Source of the DNA: an uncultured Actinomycetes bacterium
GTDB taxonomy: Bacteria; Actinomycetota; Thermoleophilia; UBA2241
Direction of reading: 5' to 3'
Assembly: GCA_963725665.1 (NCBI GenBank)
Contig: CAVRZA010000001.1
Coordinates: 1-64,000, forward strand
Length of the DNA stretch: 64,000 nt
Part shown: in pieces, positions 31,253 to 41,771 of the stretch
Numbering within the stretch: position 1 is the stretch's first letter
How the letters are laid out: each line of letters opens with the position of its first letter
Notes under the pieces: model-generated
Database searches by the model: none
The model's input: only the letters and a program-made list of their open reading frames with translations
What the model was told of the DNA's origin: nothing
Position numbers and translations under genes: made by a program

Positions 31253-32854
31253 ATGAGTGACGAGGATGCACGATCGGTCGACGCATTGGACAGAAGGTTC
31301 ACCCGGCGCGAAGTCGTGAAGGGTGCCGTGGTGGCGGGTGCTGCCGTCAGCCTCGGCAGTCTGCTCGCGGCCTGCGGTGGAGGTACGAGCTCGAGCTCGC
31401 CGACGGCGAGCGCCAGCACGGCGGGGTCGCCGAAGATGGGTGGCACCGTCCGCGCCGGCATCACCGGCGGCTCGAGCTCGAACACCCTCGACGTGACCGC
31501 CGAGGTCACCGAGTCAGATGCCGCGCGCTGCTGCATGTGCTACGAGGCGCTCGTCGAGATTCAGGCCGACGGCAAGATGGCCATGCTTCTCGCCGAGTCG
31601 ATGACGCCCAACGCGGACGCCACTGAGTGGATCATCAAGTGCAAGCCTGACATCACGTGGCACAACGGCAAGGCCTTCGGCGCCGACGACGTGGCCTACA
31701 GCTACAACTACATCGCCAAGAACAAGAAGAACGGCGCCGGCTTCTTGTCGCTGGTGGACCTACCGGCGATGAAAGTGCTGGACAAGCTGACGTTGAAGGT
31801 GCCGATGAAGGTGCCGTACAGCACGTTCATCCAGGTACAGCCGACGTGGTTCCTGCCCATCATCCCCGTCGGCTACAACCCCAACAAGCCGAATGGCACC
31901 GGTCCGTTCAAGATCACGAGCTTCTCGCCCCAGCAGACGGTCTTCGAGCGCTATCCCAACTACTGGCTGAGCCCCAAGCCGTACCTGGACAAGGTCGTCA
32001 TGATCGAGTACGCCGACATAACGGCACAGGTCAACGCCTTGCTTGGCGGCCAGGTTGAGACGGTCAGCCTCCTTTCGTCCGACGAGATCCCATCACTCGA
32101 GAGCCAGGGCAAGAAGGTCGTCATCTCCCCCGGCGGCGGCATGAACCCCTTCACCATGAACACCCAGGTGGCGCCGTTCGACGACGTGCGCGTGCGCCAG
32201 GCCATGCGGCTCTTGGTCGACCGCAAGCAGATGCTCGATCTCGTGTTCAAGGGCAACGGCACCATCGGCAACGACGTCACCTCGCGCTGGGACCCCGCCT
32301 ACGACACCTCGATCCCGCAGCGCGAACAGGACATCGAGCAAGCCAAGTCGCTGCTCAAGGCCGCGGGCAGGGAGGGCCTCACGGTCGAGCTCGTCACGGC
32401 CGACATCGCCATGGGCGTGGTCAACAGCGCGCAGGTCTACGCCCAGCAGGCGCAGGCCGCTGGCGTCACCGTCAAACTGCGGAAGACAACGGTGACCGAC
32501 TTCTTCGGGGGGACGTATCTCAATTACCCGTTCGCCTTCGACTACTGGGGCTTCCAGTACTACCTGCCGCAGGTCGCCTCGGAGCTGCTGCCGAACTCGC
32601 CGTACAACGAGACGCACTGGGACAATGCGCGTACGCAGAAGCTCTACAAGGAGGCGCTGGCGACGCCCGACGAGGCCAAGCGCGCCGAGATCGCGCACGA
32701 GATGCAGAAGATCGACCACGAAGAGGGCGGACTGATCATCCCGTTCTTCCCGCCGGTCATCGACGGCTACAACCCCAACCTGCAGGGCATCGTGCCGAGC
32801 AGGATCGGCGCGCCCTGGGACAACTTCCGCTTCATGAACTACTGGCTGAGCTGA
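31253..32854 (+). CDS. Family 5 ABC substrate-binding lipoprotein with Tat-like signal
   Basis: TRREVVK...LAAC lipobox; GTGPF and PFDDVRVRQAM. Confidence 0.92.
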   Translation: MSDEDARSVDALDRRFTRREVVKGAVVAGAAVSLGSLLAACGGGTSSSSPTASASTAGSPKMGGTVRAGITGGSSSNTLDVTAEVTESDAARCCMCYEALVEIQADGKMAMLLAESMTPNADATEWIIKCKPDITWHNGKAFGADDVAYSYNYIAKNKKNGAGFLSLVDLPAMKVLDKLTLKVPMKVPYSTFIQVQPTWFLPIIPVGYNPNKPNGTGPFKITSFSPQQTVFERYPNYWLSPKPYLDKVVMIEYADITAQVNALLGGQVETVSLLSSDEIPSLESQGKKVVISPGGGMNPFTMNTQVAPFDDVRVRQAMRLLVDRKQMLDLVFKGNGTIGNDVTSRWDPAYDTSIPQREQDIEQAKSLLKAAGREGLTVELVTADIAMGVVNSAQVYAQQAQAAGVTVKLRKTTVTDFFGGTYLNYPFAFDYWGFQYYLPQVASELLPNSPYNETHWDNARTQKLYKEALATPDEAKRAEIAHEMQKIDHEEGGLIIPFFPPVIDGYNPNLQGIVPSRIGAPWDNFRFMNYWLS

Positions 32855-32876
32855 GCCGCCCGGCGAAGCGAAACAG

Positions 32877-33899
32877 GTGACCGCGGTCCCACAAGCTGCA
32901 GCAGGGCCGACGCCGAGGGTGCGGGCGAGGCCGACGCACCACCCGATCCTCAGTCTGGTGGGGCGACGCCTCGCCCTCGGCATCGTCACCCTGTGGCTGG
33001 TCTCGATCGTCATCTTCGCCGCGACGCAAGTGCTGCCCGGCAACGCCGCCTACGCGGTCCTCGGGCAGCACGCCACGCCCGACAGGGTCGCGGCGCTCGA
33101 GAAGCAGCTCCACCTCGACCAGCCGATGGTCGTCCAGTACTGGGAGTGGATCTCCGGCGTGCTCAAGGGCGATCTCGGTACCTCGTTCGCCAATGGAGAC
33201 GCCGTCAGTCATCTCGTGGGGCCCCGGATCATCAACTCCGCCGTCCTGGTGCTGCTCGCCGGCCTCTTCGGCACGGTCATCGGCGTCGCGCTGGGCATCA
33301 TCGCGGCGGCGCGCCGTGACGGCTGGCTCGACAACGTGCTTTCCGTCTTCGCGCTGGCCGTCACGGCGCTGCCCGAGTTCGTGGTCGCGATCGGGCTGGT
33401 GATGCTGTTCGCCTCCCTGGCCCTGCACGTCCTCCCGGGGACATCGTTCATCCCCCCGGGCGTCTCGCCGTGGGCGGACCCCTCGCTGCTGGTTCTCCCG
33501 GTCGCCACGCTGGTCATCGTCATCGTGCCCTACATCTTCCGCATGATGCGCGGGGCGATGATCGAGGCCCTCGAGAGCGACTACGTCGAGATGGCCAAGC
33601 TCAAGGGGGTGTCGCGCTGGCGCGTCATGCTCGTGCACGCCCTGCCCAACTCCATAGCGCCGACCATCCAGGTGATCGGTCTCAACCTCCTGTACCTCGC
33701 CGGCGGCATCGTCGTGGTCGAGTACGTGTTCGCCTATCCGGGGATGGGAGCCGGGCTCGTCGACGGTGTGGCGGCGCGAGACATCCCCACGATCCAGTTC
33801 ATCACCCTGGTGTTGGCCGCCTTCTACGTCTTCATGAACATCCTGACCGACGTGGTGGCGCTGCTGGCTTCGCCCCGGCGCCGGTTGCCGCGCTCGTGA
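32877..33899 (+). CDS. ABC permease (DppB/OppB-like)
   Basis: LDQP...QY..W....L.GDLG.S; EAA-type loop DYVEMAKLKG. Confidence 0.93.
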   Translation: MTAVPQAAAGPTPRVRARPTHHPILSLVGRRLALGIVTLWLVSIVIFAATQVLPGNAAYAVLGQHATPDRVAALEKQLHLDQPMVVQYWEWISGVLKGDLGTSFANGDAVSHLVGPRIINSAVLVLLAGLFGTVIGVALGIIAAARRDGWLDNVLSVFALAVTALPEFVVAIGLVMLFASLALHVLPGTSFIPPGVSPWADPSLLVLPVATLVIVIVPYIFRMMRGAMIEALESDYVEMAKLKGVSRWRVMLVHALPNSIAPTIQVIGLNLLYLAGGIVVVEYVFAYPGMGAGLVDGVAARDIPTIQFITLVLAAFYVFMNILTDVVALLASPRRRLPRS

Positions 33900-33914
33900 C
33901 GAGGACCGTCGATC

Positions 33915-34874
33915 GTGGCGAGTGAGGGTAAGGCCACGCGAACGCCTACCAACGGCGGGCGGCAGGCCAGGGTGCGCCGACACGAGTGGCTGGCCGTGCT
34001 GCGAGCGGCCGCCCGCAGCCGGCGCGGCAAGATCGGACTGTGCGTGGCGTCCGTCGTGATCGGCATCGCCGTCATCGGTCCCTTCGTGGCGCCGCACTCC
34101 GCCACCGAGTTCGTCAGCTCGACGTTCGATCCGCCAAGCGCCGAGTACTGGCTCGGCACCGACGTTCTGGGACGCGACGTGTTGAGCCGCATCCTCGACG
34201 GCGGCTGGCTGCTGCTCGTGGTTGCGGCGGCCGCTACCGTGCTTGGCGTCGCCGTCGGCGCCTTCGCCGGCATCGCCGCAGCCTACTATCGTGGCTGGAA
34301 AGACGGTCTGATCATGCGCATCGTCGACGTCATCCTGGCGTTTCCGGCCATCGTGTTCGCCCTGCTCCTGGTCAGCATCGCCGGTCCCAAGCTCTGGCTC
34401 GTCGTGGTCGCCGTAGCCGCCACTCACGCGCCGCAGGTCGCGCGCGTCATGCGCGCCTCCGCTCTCGACATCTGCGAGAAGGACTTCGTCAAGGCCATCG
34501 AACTGATCCGGGTGCCATCGCGCAAGATCATTCGCGGGGAGGTCCTGCCCAATCTGGTCACGCCGCTGATGGTCGAGACCGGTCTGCGGATGACCTGGTC
34601 CATCGTCATCATCGCCGGGCTGAGCTTCATCGGCTTCGGCTTGCAGCCACCGGCGCCCAACTGGGGCCTCATGCTCAACGAGAACCGCATCGGGCTGGTC
34701 AGCAACCCCTGGGCGGTCATCGCGCCGGCATTGCTGATCGCCCTGCTCACCGTCGGTCTGAACACGTTCACCGACGCCGTGGCTCGTGTGTCGATAGGGG
34801 TCGAACGTCCCGTCGGCGAGCAGCAGCTCCTCGAGGAGCAGCTCATCGGCCGGCCGCTCGACGCGGTAGGCTGA
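33915..34874 (+). CDS. ABC permease (DppC/OppC-like)
   Basis: LGTDVLGRDVLSR and LSFIGFGLQPP.P.WG.ML. Confidence 0.93.
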   Translation: MASEGKATRTPTNGGRQARVRRHEWLAVLRAAARSRRGKIGLCVASVVIGIAVIGPFVAPHSATEFVSSTFDPPSAEYWLGTDVLGRDVLSRILDGGWLLLVVAAAATVLGVAVGAFAGIAAAYYRGWKDGLIMRIVDVILAFPAIVFALLLVSIAGPKLWLVVVAVAATHAPQVARVMRASALDICEKDFVKAIELIRVPSRKIIRGEVLPNLVTPLMVETGLRMTWSIVIIAGLSFIGFGLQPPAPNWGLMLNENRIGLVSNPWAVIAPALLIALLTVGLNTFTDAVARVSIGVERPVGEQQLLEEQLIGRPLDAVG

Positions 34875-34875
34875 C

Positions 34876-36718
34876 ATGGGCGAGGCGCCCTGCCTTGTCG
34901 TAGAGGGCCTGCGCGTCGACCTGGCCAAGTCGACCGTCGACGTCGTCGACGACATCTCACTGACCGTCGACGCCGGCCAGGTCGTGGGCCTTGTGGGCGA
35001 ATCGGGCTCGGGCAAGACCACGGTAGCCCTCGCCCTGCTGGGCCACGCACGGCGCGGACTGAAGGTGGTCGCCGGCACGGTCATCCTCGAAGGCAGGGAT
35101 GTGCTCACGATGTCGCCGCACGAGCTCAAGCGGCTGCGCGGTCGCGGCGTCGCCTACGTGCCTCAAGACCCGGGGAGCGCACTCAACCCCTCGCTCAAGG
35201 TCGGCTACCAGCTCAAGGAGGCGCTGGAGGTGCACGCCGGCGAGGATTCCGGTCTGCCCGACGTCAAGGAACGCATGGCGCAGGTGCTGGCCGAGGTCGA
35301 CCTGACGGCCAGCGCGGAGATCCTCGGCTCGTACCCGCATCAGCTCTCCGGCGGTCAGCAGCAGCGCATCGCCCTCGCCATGGCCTTCTCCTGCCGCCCC
35401 GGGCTCATCGTGCTCGACGAGCCGACCACGGGGCTCGACGTGGCCACCCAGCGTCACGTGCTCGACACGGTACGAGGATTGTGCAGGTCCTACGGCGTGG
35501 CGGCGGTGTACGTGACCCACGACCTGGCGGTCATCGCGGAGATCGCCGATCGGGTGGCGGTGATGTACGCGGGATGGCTCATCGAGCTGGGCTCGACCAA
35601 GGCCGTCTTCGAATCGCCGGCCCACCCCTACACGGCGGGGCTGCTCAAGGCGATCCCCTCTCCTGAGATCTCCCATTCGCTGATCGGGATGGAGGGCCAG
35701 CCTCCCCAGCCGGGCAAAAGACCCCCGGGCTGTCTCTTCGAGCCGCGTTGCCCGCACGCCATCCCCGAGTGCAGCAGGGCGCGTCCCCGGCTGGAGGCGG
35801 TCAACGGCAACGCCCACGAAGCGCGGTGCATCAGGGCGAAGGAGCTCATCCTGACAGCGGCCGGCGTCGAGCAGCTAGCGGCGGAGCGAGCCGACGTAGA
35901 GACGGGGGCCACCAAGCCGCCTCTGTTCGTGGTCAAGGGGCTTGACGGCCACTACGCGGAGAAGCAGATCCTCTACGACGTCTCGCTGGAGATACCGGAG
36001 ACGGCGTGCGTGGCCGTCGTCGGCGAGTCGGGCTCGGGCAAGACGACTCTGGCGCGCTGCCTCACCGGCATGCACGGCAACTGGACCGGCAGCGTCTCCT
36101 TCGCGGGCAAGGAGCTCAAGCCCACGGCGAGGGAGCGCGACCTCGAGGTGCTGCGCTCGGTGCAGTACATCTTCCAGAACCCCTACACCTCGCTCAACCC
36201 GCGCAAGACGATCGGCCAGCTCGTCGAGCAGCCCCTGGCGCACTTCTTCAAGCTCTCGCCGCGCGAGCGCACGGAGCGGGTGGTCGACGACGCTCGAGGC
36301 CGTGGCGCTGAGCGGCGACTTCCTGGGCCGTTACCCGGACCAGCTCAGCGGCGGCGAGCGTCAGCGGGTGGCCATCGCGCGGGCGCTCATCGTGGAGCCG
36401 AGATTGCTGGTGTGCGACGAGGTCACCTCGGCGCTCGACGTGTCCGTGCAGGCGGCGGTCGTGGAACTTCTCCGCCGCCTGCAGCACGAACGCGGCCTGA
36501 GCCTGCTCTTCATCACGCACAACCTCGCCCTCGTGCGCAGCATCGCGCAGGAGGTCGTCGTCTTGCACGAAGGCCGCATCGTCGAGCGCGGGCCGACGGA
36601 CCGGGTGCTCTCGCATCCCGTCGACGACTACACCATTCGCCTCCTTGAAGATGTGCCCAAGCTCACGTCGCTGACCGGTCCGGTCCCCGAGCGCGGCACG
36701 GCCATCGCCTCGACGTGA
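34876..36718 (+). CDS. Fused double ABC ATPase (DppD/F-like); frameshift near 36290
   Basis: Two GESGSGKT Walker A motifs; LSGGQQQR and LSGGERQR signatures, the second in a shifted frame. Confidence 0.92.
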
Positions 36719-36758
36719 GGCCAGTCGCCGACGGCCGGCAATGAGATAGGGAGCGGTC

Positions 36759-38189
36759 ATGCCATCACCCCGGGTCTCTCTGCTGCATCCCTCCGATCGC
36801 GATCTCATCCATGAGCGGACGCTGGAGGTGCTCGACCAAGTCGGGGTGCGCTTTCAGAGCGCGAACGCGCGAGAGGTTCTCAAGGATGCTGGATGCAGGG
36901 TCGATCACGAGGGCGGGATCGTGCGCATTCCCGCACAGTTGGTGGAGTGGGCCCTTGACCAACTGCCGAGAGATGTCCTTCTGGCCGGCCGCGACCCCGG
37001 TCGCGACGCGCTCCTCGACGGGTCGAGGACATTCGCGACCGTCGCCGGGATCTGCCCCTATATCGTCGACGTGGACACCGGGCTCTACAGGGCTCCGCGA
37101 CTGCGCGACGTAGAAGACGTGACGCGCATCGCCGATGCCCTCGACGCTTTCGGCATCGTCTGGTACTCCGTCAGCCCGACCGCAGACACCGCGGCGAAGA
37201 TGACCGATCTGGCAGCCACGGCGCGCATGCTCGCAGCCACCAGCAAACACGTGATGGGCCAGGTCACTCGCCCGGCTGAAGTCCCTTATGCCCTCGAGCT
37301 CGTTCGCCTGTGTGCTGCGGACGACGACCGCCCTTTGTTCTCGATCATCTACTGTCCGGTCGCGCCCCTGCAGCACGGCGGTCCGGCGATCGAAGCGGCC
37401 ATGGCTCTGGCCGCCCAACGCGTGCCCATCGACATCTTCAGCCTCGGTCTCGCCGGGGCGACGGCGCCGGTCACCCTTGCCGGCACGATCACGCAGACCA
37501 ACTGCGAGGTGCTGAGTGCCGCCGTGCTCCTCCAGCTCGTCGCCCCCGGCTGCCCCCTCATCTACTCTGCCAACGCCGGCATCATGGACATGCGGACCTC
37601 CCGTTTCGCCGTCTCGACCCCCGAGACGATCCTCATGAACGTCGCTCAGATCGAGCTGGCCCATTCCTACGGCATGCCGGCGCTCAGCGTGGGCTTCGTG
37701 CCCGACACCAGCGAGCTGGGGTTCCGCGGCGGCGTCGAGGACATGGCGTTCGCGCTGCCGACCCGCCTCGCTTGCCCGGACATCATGACCGGCCTGGGGA
37801 CCCTCGAGGCCGGTCAGGCGGTGTCGCTGCCCAAGATGCTGCTCGACGCCGAGATCGTGGCGTACCTGGATCGTGTGATGGAGGGTATCGCGGTGGACGG
37901 AGAGCACATCTCCGTCGAGGCAATCAGGTTGGCCGGCGCCGGCGGGCAGTACCTTTCGCAGAAAGAGACGCGCACGCGCATACGGGCAGGCGAGCACTGG
38001 CTCCCGGACCTGTTCCACAGACGCTCCTATTCGGAGCGACAGGGCGGCGCCCCTGACGAGATACACGGCGCGGCCAAGCGCGCGGCAGAGATCCTAGCCA
38101 CGCACAGGCCCCTTCCACTCCCGCCGGGAGCAGCCGAGCGCGTCGCCGACGTTCTCCTGGCGGCCGAACGCGAGTTGCCCGGCGCATGA
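36759..38189 (+). CDS. MttB-superfamily corrinoid methyltransferase without pyrrolysine (MtgB/MtcB-like paralog)
   Basis: IHERTLEVLDQVGV, APLQ, APVTLAGT...NCEVL and MDMRT...PE. The segment matching the Pyl site reads PALSVGF-V-PDTS, with no TAG. Confidence 0.88.
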   Translation: MPSPRVSLLHPSDRDLIHERTLEVLDQVGVRFQSANAREVLKDAGCRVDHEGGIVRIPAQLVEWALDQLPRDVLLAGRDPGRDALLDGSRTFATVAGICPYIVDVDTGLYRAPRLRDVEDVTRIADALDAFGIVWYSVSPTADTAAKMTDLAATARMLAATSKHVMGQVTRPAEVPYALELVRLCAADDDRPLFSIIYCPVAPLQHGGPAIEAAMALAAQRVPIDIFSLGLAGATAPVTLAGTITQTNCEVLSAAVLLQLVAPGCPLIYSANAGIMDMRTSRFAVSTPETILMNVAQIELAHSYGMPALSVGFVPDTSELGFRGGVEDMAFALPTRLACPDIMTGLGTLEAGQAVSLPKMLLDAEIVAYLDRVMEGIAVDGEHISVEAIRLAGAGGQYLSQKETRTRIRAGEHWLPDLFHRRSYSERQGGAPDEIHGAAKRAAEILATHRPLPLPPGAAERVADVLLAAERELPGA

Positions 38190-38204
38190 GCACCAGAAGG
38201 GGCC

Positions 38205-38360
38205 GGTAGCGCATACCGGATTCGAACGGGTGTGGCGGCTGTGAGTGGGCACTGATCAGTCTGCGACGAAGTGTCAGCGAGTGCCTCAGAGAGCCTTCCT
38301 GAGCGTGGAGAACGGGGTCGAGTGCTGCCCGGAGTGACTAAGCGCCACCTGCTGCCGCTG
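38205..38360 (-). repeat. Degenerate tRNA-Glu 3' fragment plus conserved flank (att-like scar, copy 1)
   Basis: ggtagcgcataccggattcgaacgggtgtggcggctgtgagtgggc; the next ~110 bp resemble 60824-60935. Confidence 0.8.
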
Positions 38361-38469
38361 CCGACGTTCCCCCCTACGGTTTGCGCAAGGCGCTCGTCCA
38401 GCACAAAGAGGAGACGAGAACCGAACATCGGCCGGCGAGTCCGGGTTCGCCCCGCCTCAAGGAGACGAC

Positions 38470-38985
38470 ATGAGCACCGCAAGCATCAGCGATGCGCTGC
38501 AGAGGATCAGCAACGTATTCGCCGCCGATCCAGAAAAGGCGCACACGAAGGGCACTCCCGCGACGGCACGCCTAGTGGACGGGCTCCGATTCGAGGTGAC
38601 CGGCCCGACGGGTGAGATCGCTCACACCGACATGCCGGCGGCGCTGGGCGGCGCTGCGAGCGCGCCGGCTCCGGGCTGGCTGCTCCGTGGAGCGATCGCC
38701 TCTTGCACCGCCACCGTCATTGCCATGCGCGCGGCACGGATCGGGGTTCACCTGAAGACGCTTGAGACCACCGTCGAGAGCGAGTCAGATCAACGCGGCC
38801 TGCTCGGTCTGGATGAGAGCGTCTCCGCCGCATTCACCACGATGCGTATACGAGTCAGGATCGGGGCAGACAACGTCGCACCCGATGACTTGCGTGCACT
38901 GGTCACATGGGGCGACGTTCATTCACCCGTCGCATGCACCGTGCGCAAATCTCCGGTGACTTCCGTTGAGGTCGAGATCGTCTGA
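38470..38985 (+). CDS. OsmC/Ohr family protein
   Basis: DMP.ALGG...P.PG.LL..AIASC and HSPV; AGGAG RBS. Confidence 0.85.
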   Translation: MSTASISDALQRISNVFAADPEKAHTKGTPATARLVDGLRFEVTGPTGEIAHTDMPAALGGAASAPAPGWLLRGAIASCTATVIAMRAARIGVHLKTLETTVESESDQRGLLGLDESVSAAFTTMRIRVRIGADNVAPDDLRALVTWGDVHSPVACTVRKSPVTSVEVEIV

Positions 38986-39276
38986 GCATCGTCCACGCCG
39001 ATTCATGGGCACCGATGGTTCACCCAAGATGGGGCGTTTGCATGGCTTGGGCACTTCAACTTCAAGGAGGCCATCGATCTTGAGCGCTATCTCGAAGTCG
39101 AGCCCGAGAGACCTTGGTGAGCGTAGAGAGGCGTATCCGCCTCTCCTACGGTGAGCGCAACCGCCCTGCAACCCGACTCTATCTGAGGTCCTTGAGAACG
39201 CGTCCGTGAAGGCCTCCTGCCTTGCCCGTGTAGACTTGCGGCACGCGCACGGGGAGACGGGAACCAAGGAGGAGGT

Positions 39277-39462
39277 ATGGCAGGCAGCAACTACGCGGGT
39301 GGAGCCGGTGGCGGGGCGGTCTACGGCCTCGGCTTCATCGGGGCGCTTGTCTACTACATCCAGAGTGCGACTTCGTTCTGGGATGGGGTCTACGGCGTCT
39401 TTCAGGCAATAGTCTGGCCAGCGTTTCTGGTCTACGGGGCGCTGCACTCCCTGAAGCTGTAG
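39277..39462 (+). CDS. Small membrane protein (61 aa)
   Basis: Strong AAGGAGGAGG RBS; hydrophobic sequence GAVYGLGFIGALVYY...AIVWPAFLVY. Confidence 0.75.
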   Translation: MAGSNYAGGAGGGAVYGLGFIGALVYYIQSATSFWDGVYGVFQAIVWPAFLVYGALHSLKL

Positions 39463-39600
39463 TAGTCAGCACTGGGCCTTCCTGGCCGGAGGGCAACTGA
39501 CAGAGCACCTCCCATATCTGCTCCAGTCGTTCCTGCTCTCTCTCGATCCAGGTCTGACTCTAGGATACCGGGTTGGTTGCAGGCAGATCATCGCTGCACG

Positions 39601-41061
39601 TCACCTCGAGGCCTTGACCCACGACCTAGGGTTCTTCGAGATCCGTCGCTTCTGGAGTGACATGGGCATGAGATCGAGGTGCATTCCGGTCGTCCCTCCA
39701 GGGTCGCGGCTGAAGAGGACGCGGGCGGTGCCTATGCCGAACTCGGACAGGTCGATGCGGAACGCATAGGGGTCCATGTCGTCGTCCGGGAGTAGGGGAA
39801 AGCCTCTGTAGAGCGCGGGTAATGGGCTCAGACCTCGAAGCATCAGCTGACCACGCCGAACGAAGACCTCGGCTCCCGCGCCGATCGTTAGCCTCGCACG
39901 TGCATCCGTGAGCCGGGCGGAGAGCCGGTACCAACCGCAGATATCGCCCCATATCTCAGGGCGTTGCGGAACATCGGTCCGGATGACCTCGTCCGGGACG
40001 CCGAGCAGGCGCTTGAGCAGCCCGGCGACCTCACCCGGCAGCCAAAACATCGCACGCCTGGCCCCATTGGTGAAGGCCATCACACCGACTCCGTCGTCGG
40101 GAGCCGCGAAGATCTGAGAGTTGAAGCCAGGGAGAATCCCCCCGTGCTCGACCGCGAGATGGCCGCCAATGATGAACCGGGAGAACGCCAGCCCGATACC
40201 CGGCACTCGGGGATCGGGCCGGTAGTGCGGCTCGAATATGCTGGCAAGCGTCGCCGGTTTGAGCACTGAGCCGTGCTCGTTGGCGCCACCGCCGAGGAGA
40301 GCCGCGACGTAGCGTGCCATGTCCCTCGGAGTCGAGTAGATGGAGGAGGCTCCCGCGGTCACCCACTCGCGGTCGGTGACCGCTTTCGCACCATTGGAGC
40401 GCAGGTTGTAGCCCGTCGCGAGGCGGGACTTGACCAGCTCGGATCGGAGGAGGTCGGTGTCGGCCATGCCGAGGGGCTCGAAGATGTGCTCGCGTAGGTA
40501 GCAGTCGAAGGGCTTCCCGCTCACGTCCTCGACGATCTGGCCGAGAGTGGCGAAGCCGTGGTCGGTGTATATGAACCGGGTGCCCGGTTCGGCCGCCAGG
40601 CGGAGACCGCCGCGGTAGTACTCCGCAAGCGTCGGCAGTGGCTGTCCGAGCTTGAAGCTCTCCCCAAAGTCCGACCTGAACGCGTCGGAGGCGTGCAGCT
40701 CCTCTGGGATTCCGGCCGTGTGGGTCAGCAGATGGCGCACTGTCGCCGGCCGGAAGCTGGCCTTCGCCGGGATCAGCCGATACGCCCGCAGGTAGTCGTT
40801 GGCGGGCGCATCGAGGTCGACCGACCCTTGCTCCCAGAGCTGCATCACGGCGATCGCCGTGAATGTCTTGGTGATGGAGGCGATGCGAAAGACCGTATCC
40901 TCAGTCACGGGTGTGTTCGACGCGATATCTGCGACCCCGTGTCCGAAGAAGAACTCGAGGGATCCGTAGCGGACCACTCCCACCGCCAGTCCGACTGCCG
41001 GCCAGCGGTTGAGGATCTCGCGGACTCTGGCCTTCATCTCGAGCTCATCGACATCAGACAT
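39601..41061 (-). CDS. Beta-lactamase class C-like serine hydrolase
   Basis: FRIASITKT (SxxK), LLTHTAG, PG.RF.Y and HGG..PGF. Confidence 0.92.
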   Translation of the reverse strand: MSDVDELEMKARVREILNRWPAVGLAVGVVRYGSLEFFFGHGVADIASNTPVTEDTVFRIASITKTFTAIAVMQLWEQGSVDLDAPANDYLRAYRLIPAKASFRPATVRHLLTHTAGIPEELHASDAFRSDFGESFKLGQPLPTLAEYYRGGLRLAAEPGTRFIYTDHGFATLGQIVEDVSGKPFDCYLREHIFEPLGMADTDLLRSELVKSRLATGYNLRSNGAKAVTDREWVTAGASSIYSTPRDMARYVAALLGGGANEHGSVLKPATLASIFEPHYRPDPRVPGIGLAFSRFIIGGHLAVEHGGILPGFNSQIFAAPDDGVGVMAFTNGARRAMFWLPGEVAGLLKRLLGVPDEVIRTDVPQRPEIWGDICGWYRLSARLTDARARLTIGAGAEVFVRRGQLMLRGLSPLPALYRGFPLLPDDDMDPYAFRIDLSEFGIGTARVLFSRDPGGTTGMHLDLMPMSLQKRRISKNPRSWVKASR

Positions 41062-41154
41062 GGCTCTCCCTTCCTTTCACCCGCCCGCTGAGGGTAGTGA
41101 GCCTGGCTGGCCCTGAGTTCTCTCGTAGACTAATCCATACAGTCTGCAGAACCG

Positions 41155-41670
41155 TTGTCAGGCGTGACTCAAGGAGCTGCGTTGGCTAGGGATGCACGTC
41201 TTGTGGCCGTCCACCGCGGCGGCCTGCTCGACGCGCGCCGGCACCGCCTGCTCGCGCGCTGGGCCGCCGACTGCGCCGAGCACGTCCTTCCGTTGTTCGC
41301 AGACACGTATCCGGGCGACGACCGACCACGCCTCGCGATCGAGACCACACGTGCGTGGTCCCGCGGTGAGGTGACCGTCGGTGAGGCGCGTGCGGCATCC
41401 GTTGAAGCGCACGCAGCTGCAAGAAGCGCCTCTGACGGCGCCGCGACGGCCGCTGCCCGCGCGGCCGGCCACGCGGTCGCGACCGCGCACATGGCTGACC
41501 ACTCGCTGGGCGCTGCCGCCTACGCTGTCAGGGCCCTGAGTCTGGCGCCCCAGACGACCGATGCGAAGATGGCGGTTGACCGCGAACGCCGATGGCAGCG
41601 CGAGCATCTGCCAGAAGCGATCCGTGAACTCGTGGTCTCGGCCCAGGAGCAGCGGTCGATCTTCACCTGA
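41155..41670 (+). CDS. Imm5-like putative immunity protein
   Basis: [14 protein letters not shown]....P.DDRPR.AI...RAW..G...[14 protein letters not shown] pattern. Confidence 0.7.
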   Translation: MSGVTQGAALARDARLVAVHRGGLLDARRHRLLARWAADCAEHVLPLFADTYPGDDRPRLAIETTRAWSRGEVTVGEARAASVEAHAAARSASDGAATAAARAAGHAVATAHMADHSLGAAAYAVRALSLAPQTTDAKMAVDRERRWQREHLPEAIRELVVSAQEQRSIFT

Positions 41671-41680
41671 GTCACGGTCC

Positions 41681-41702
41681 TGGTAGCGCGTACCGGATCC
41701 GA
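41681..41702 (-). repeat. Short degenerate tRNA-Glu 3' end fragment (copy 2)
   Basis: tggtagcgcgtaccggatccga versus tggtagcgcataccggattcga in copy 4. Confidence 0.6.
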
Positions 41703-41771
41703 GGATTCGGACCTCGGTTCCACGATCCAGAGCCGCGTGTCCACCAGCCTCCTATGCTATCCTCGGCCCCC

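Noticed and set aside
1750-36300. Programmed frameshifting or mass pseudogenisation (breaks near 1770-2090, 10080, 23550, 26175, 27175, 29290, 30600, 36290)
   Set aside because: The breaks hit unrelated, otherwise intact genes, show no evident slippery sites and sometimes compensate each other. Long-read indel error is the simplest explanation; read polishing would confirm.
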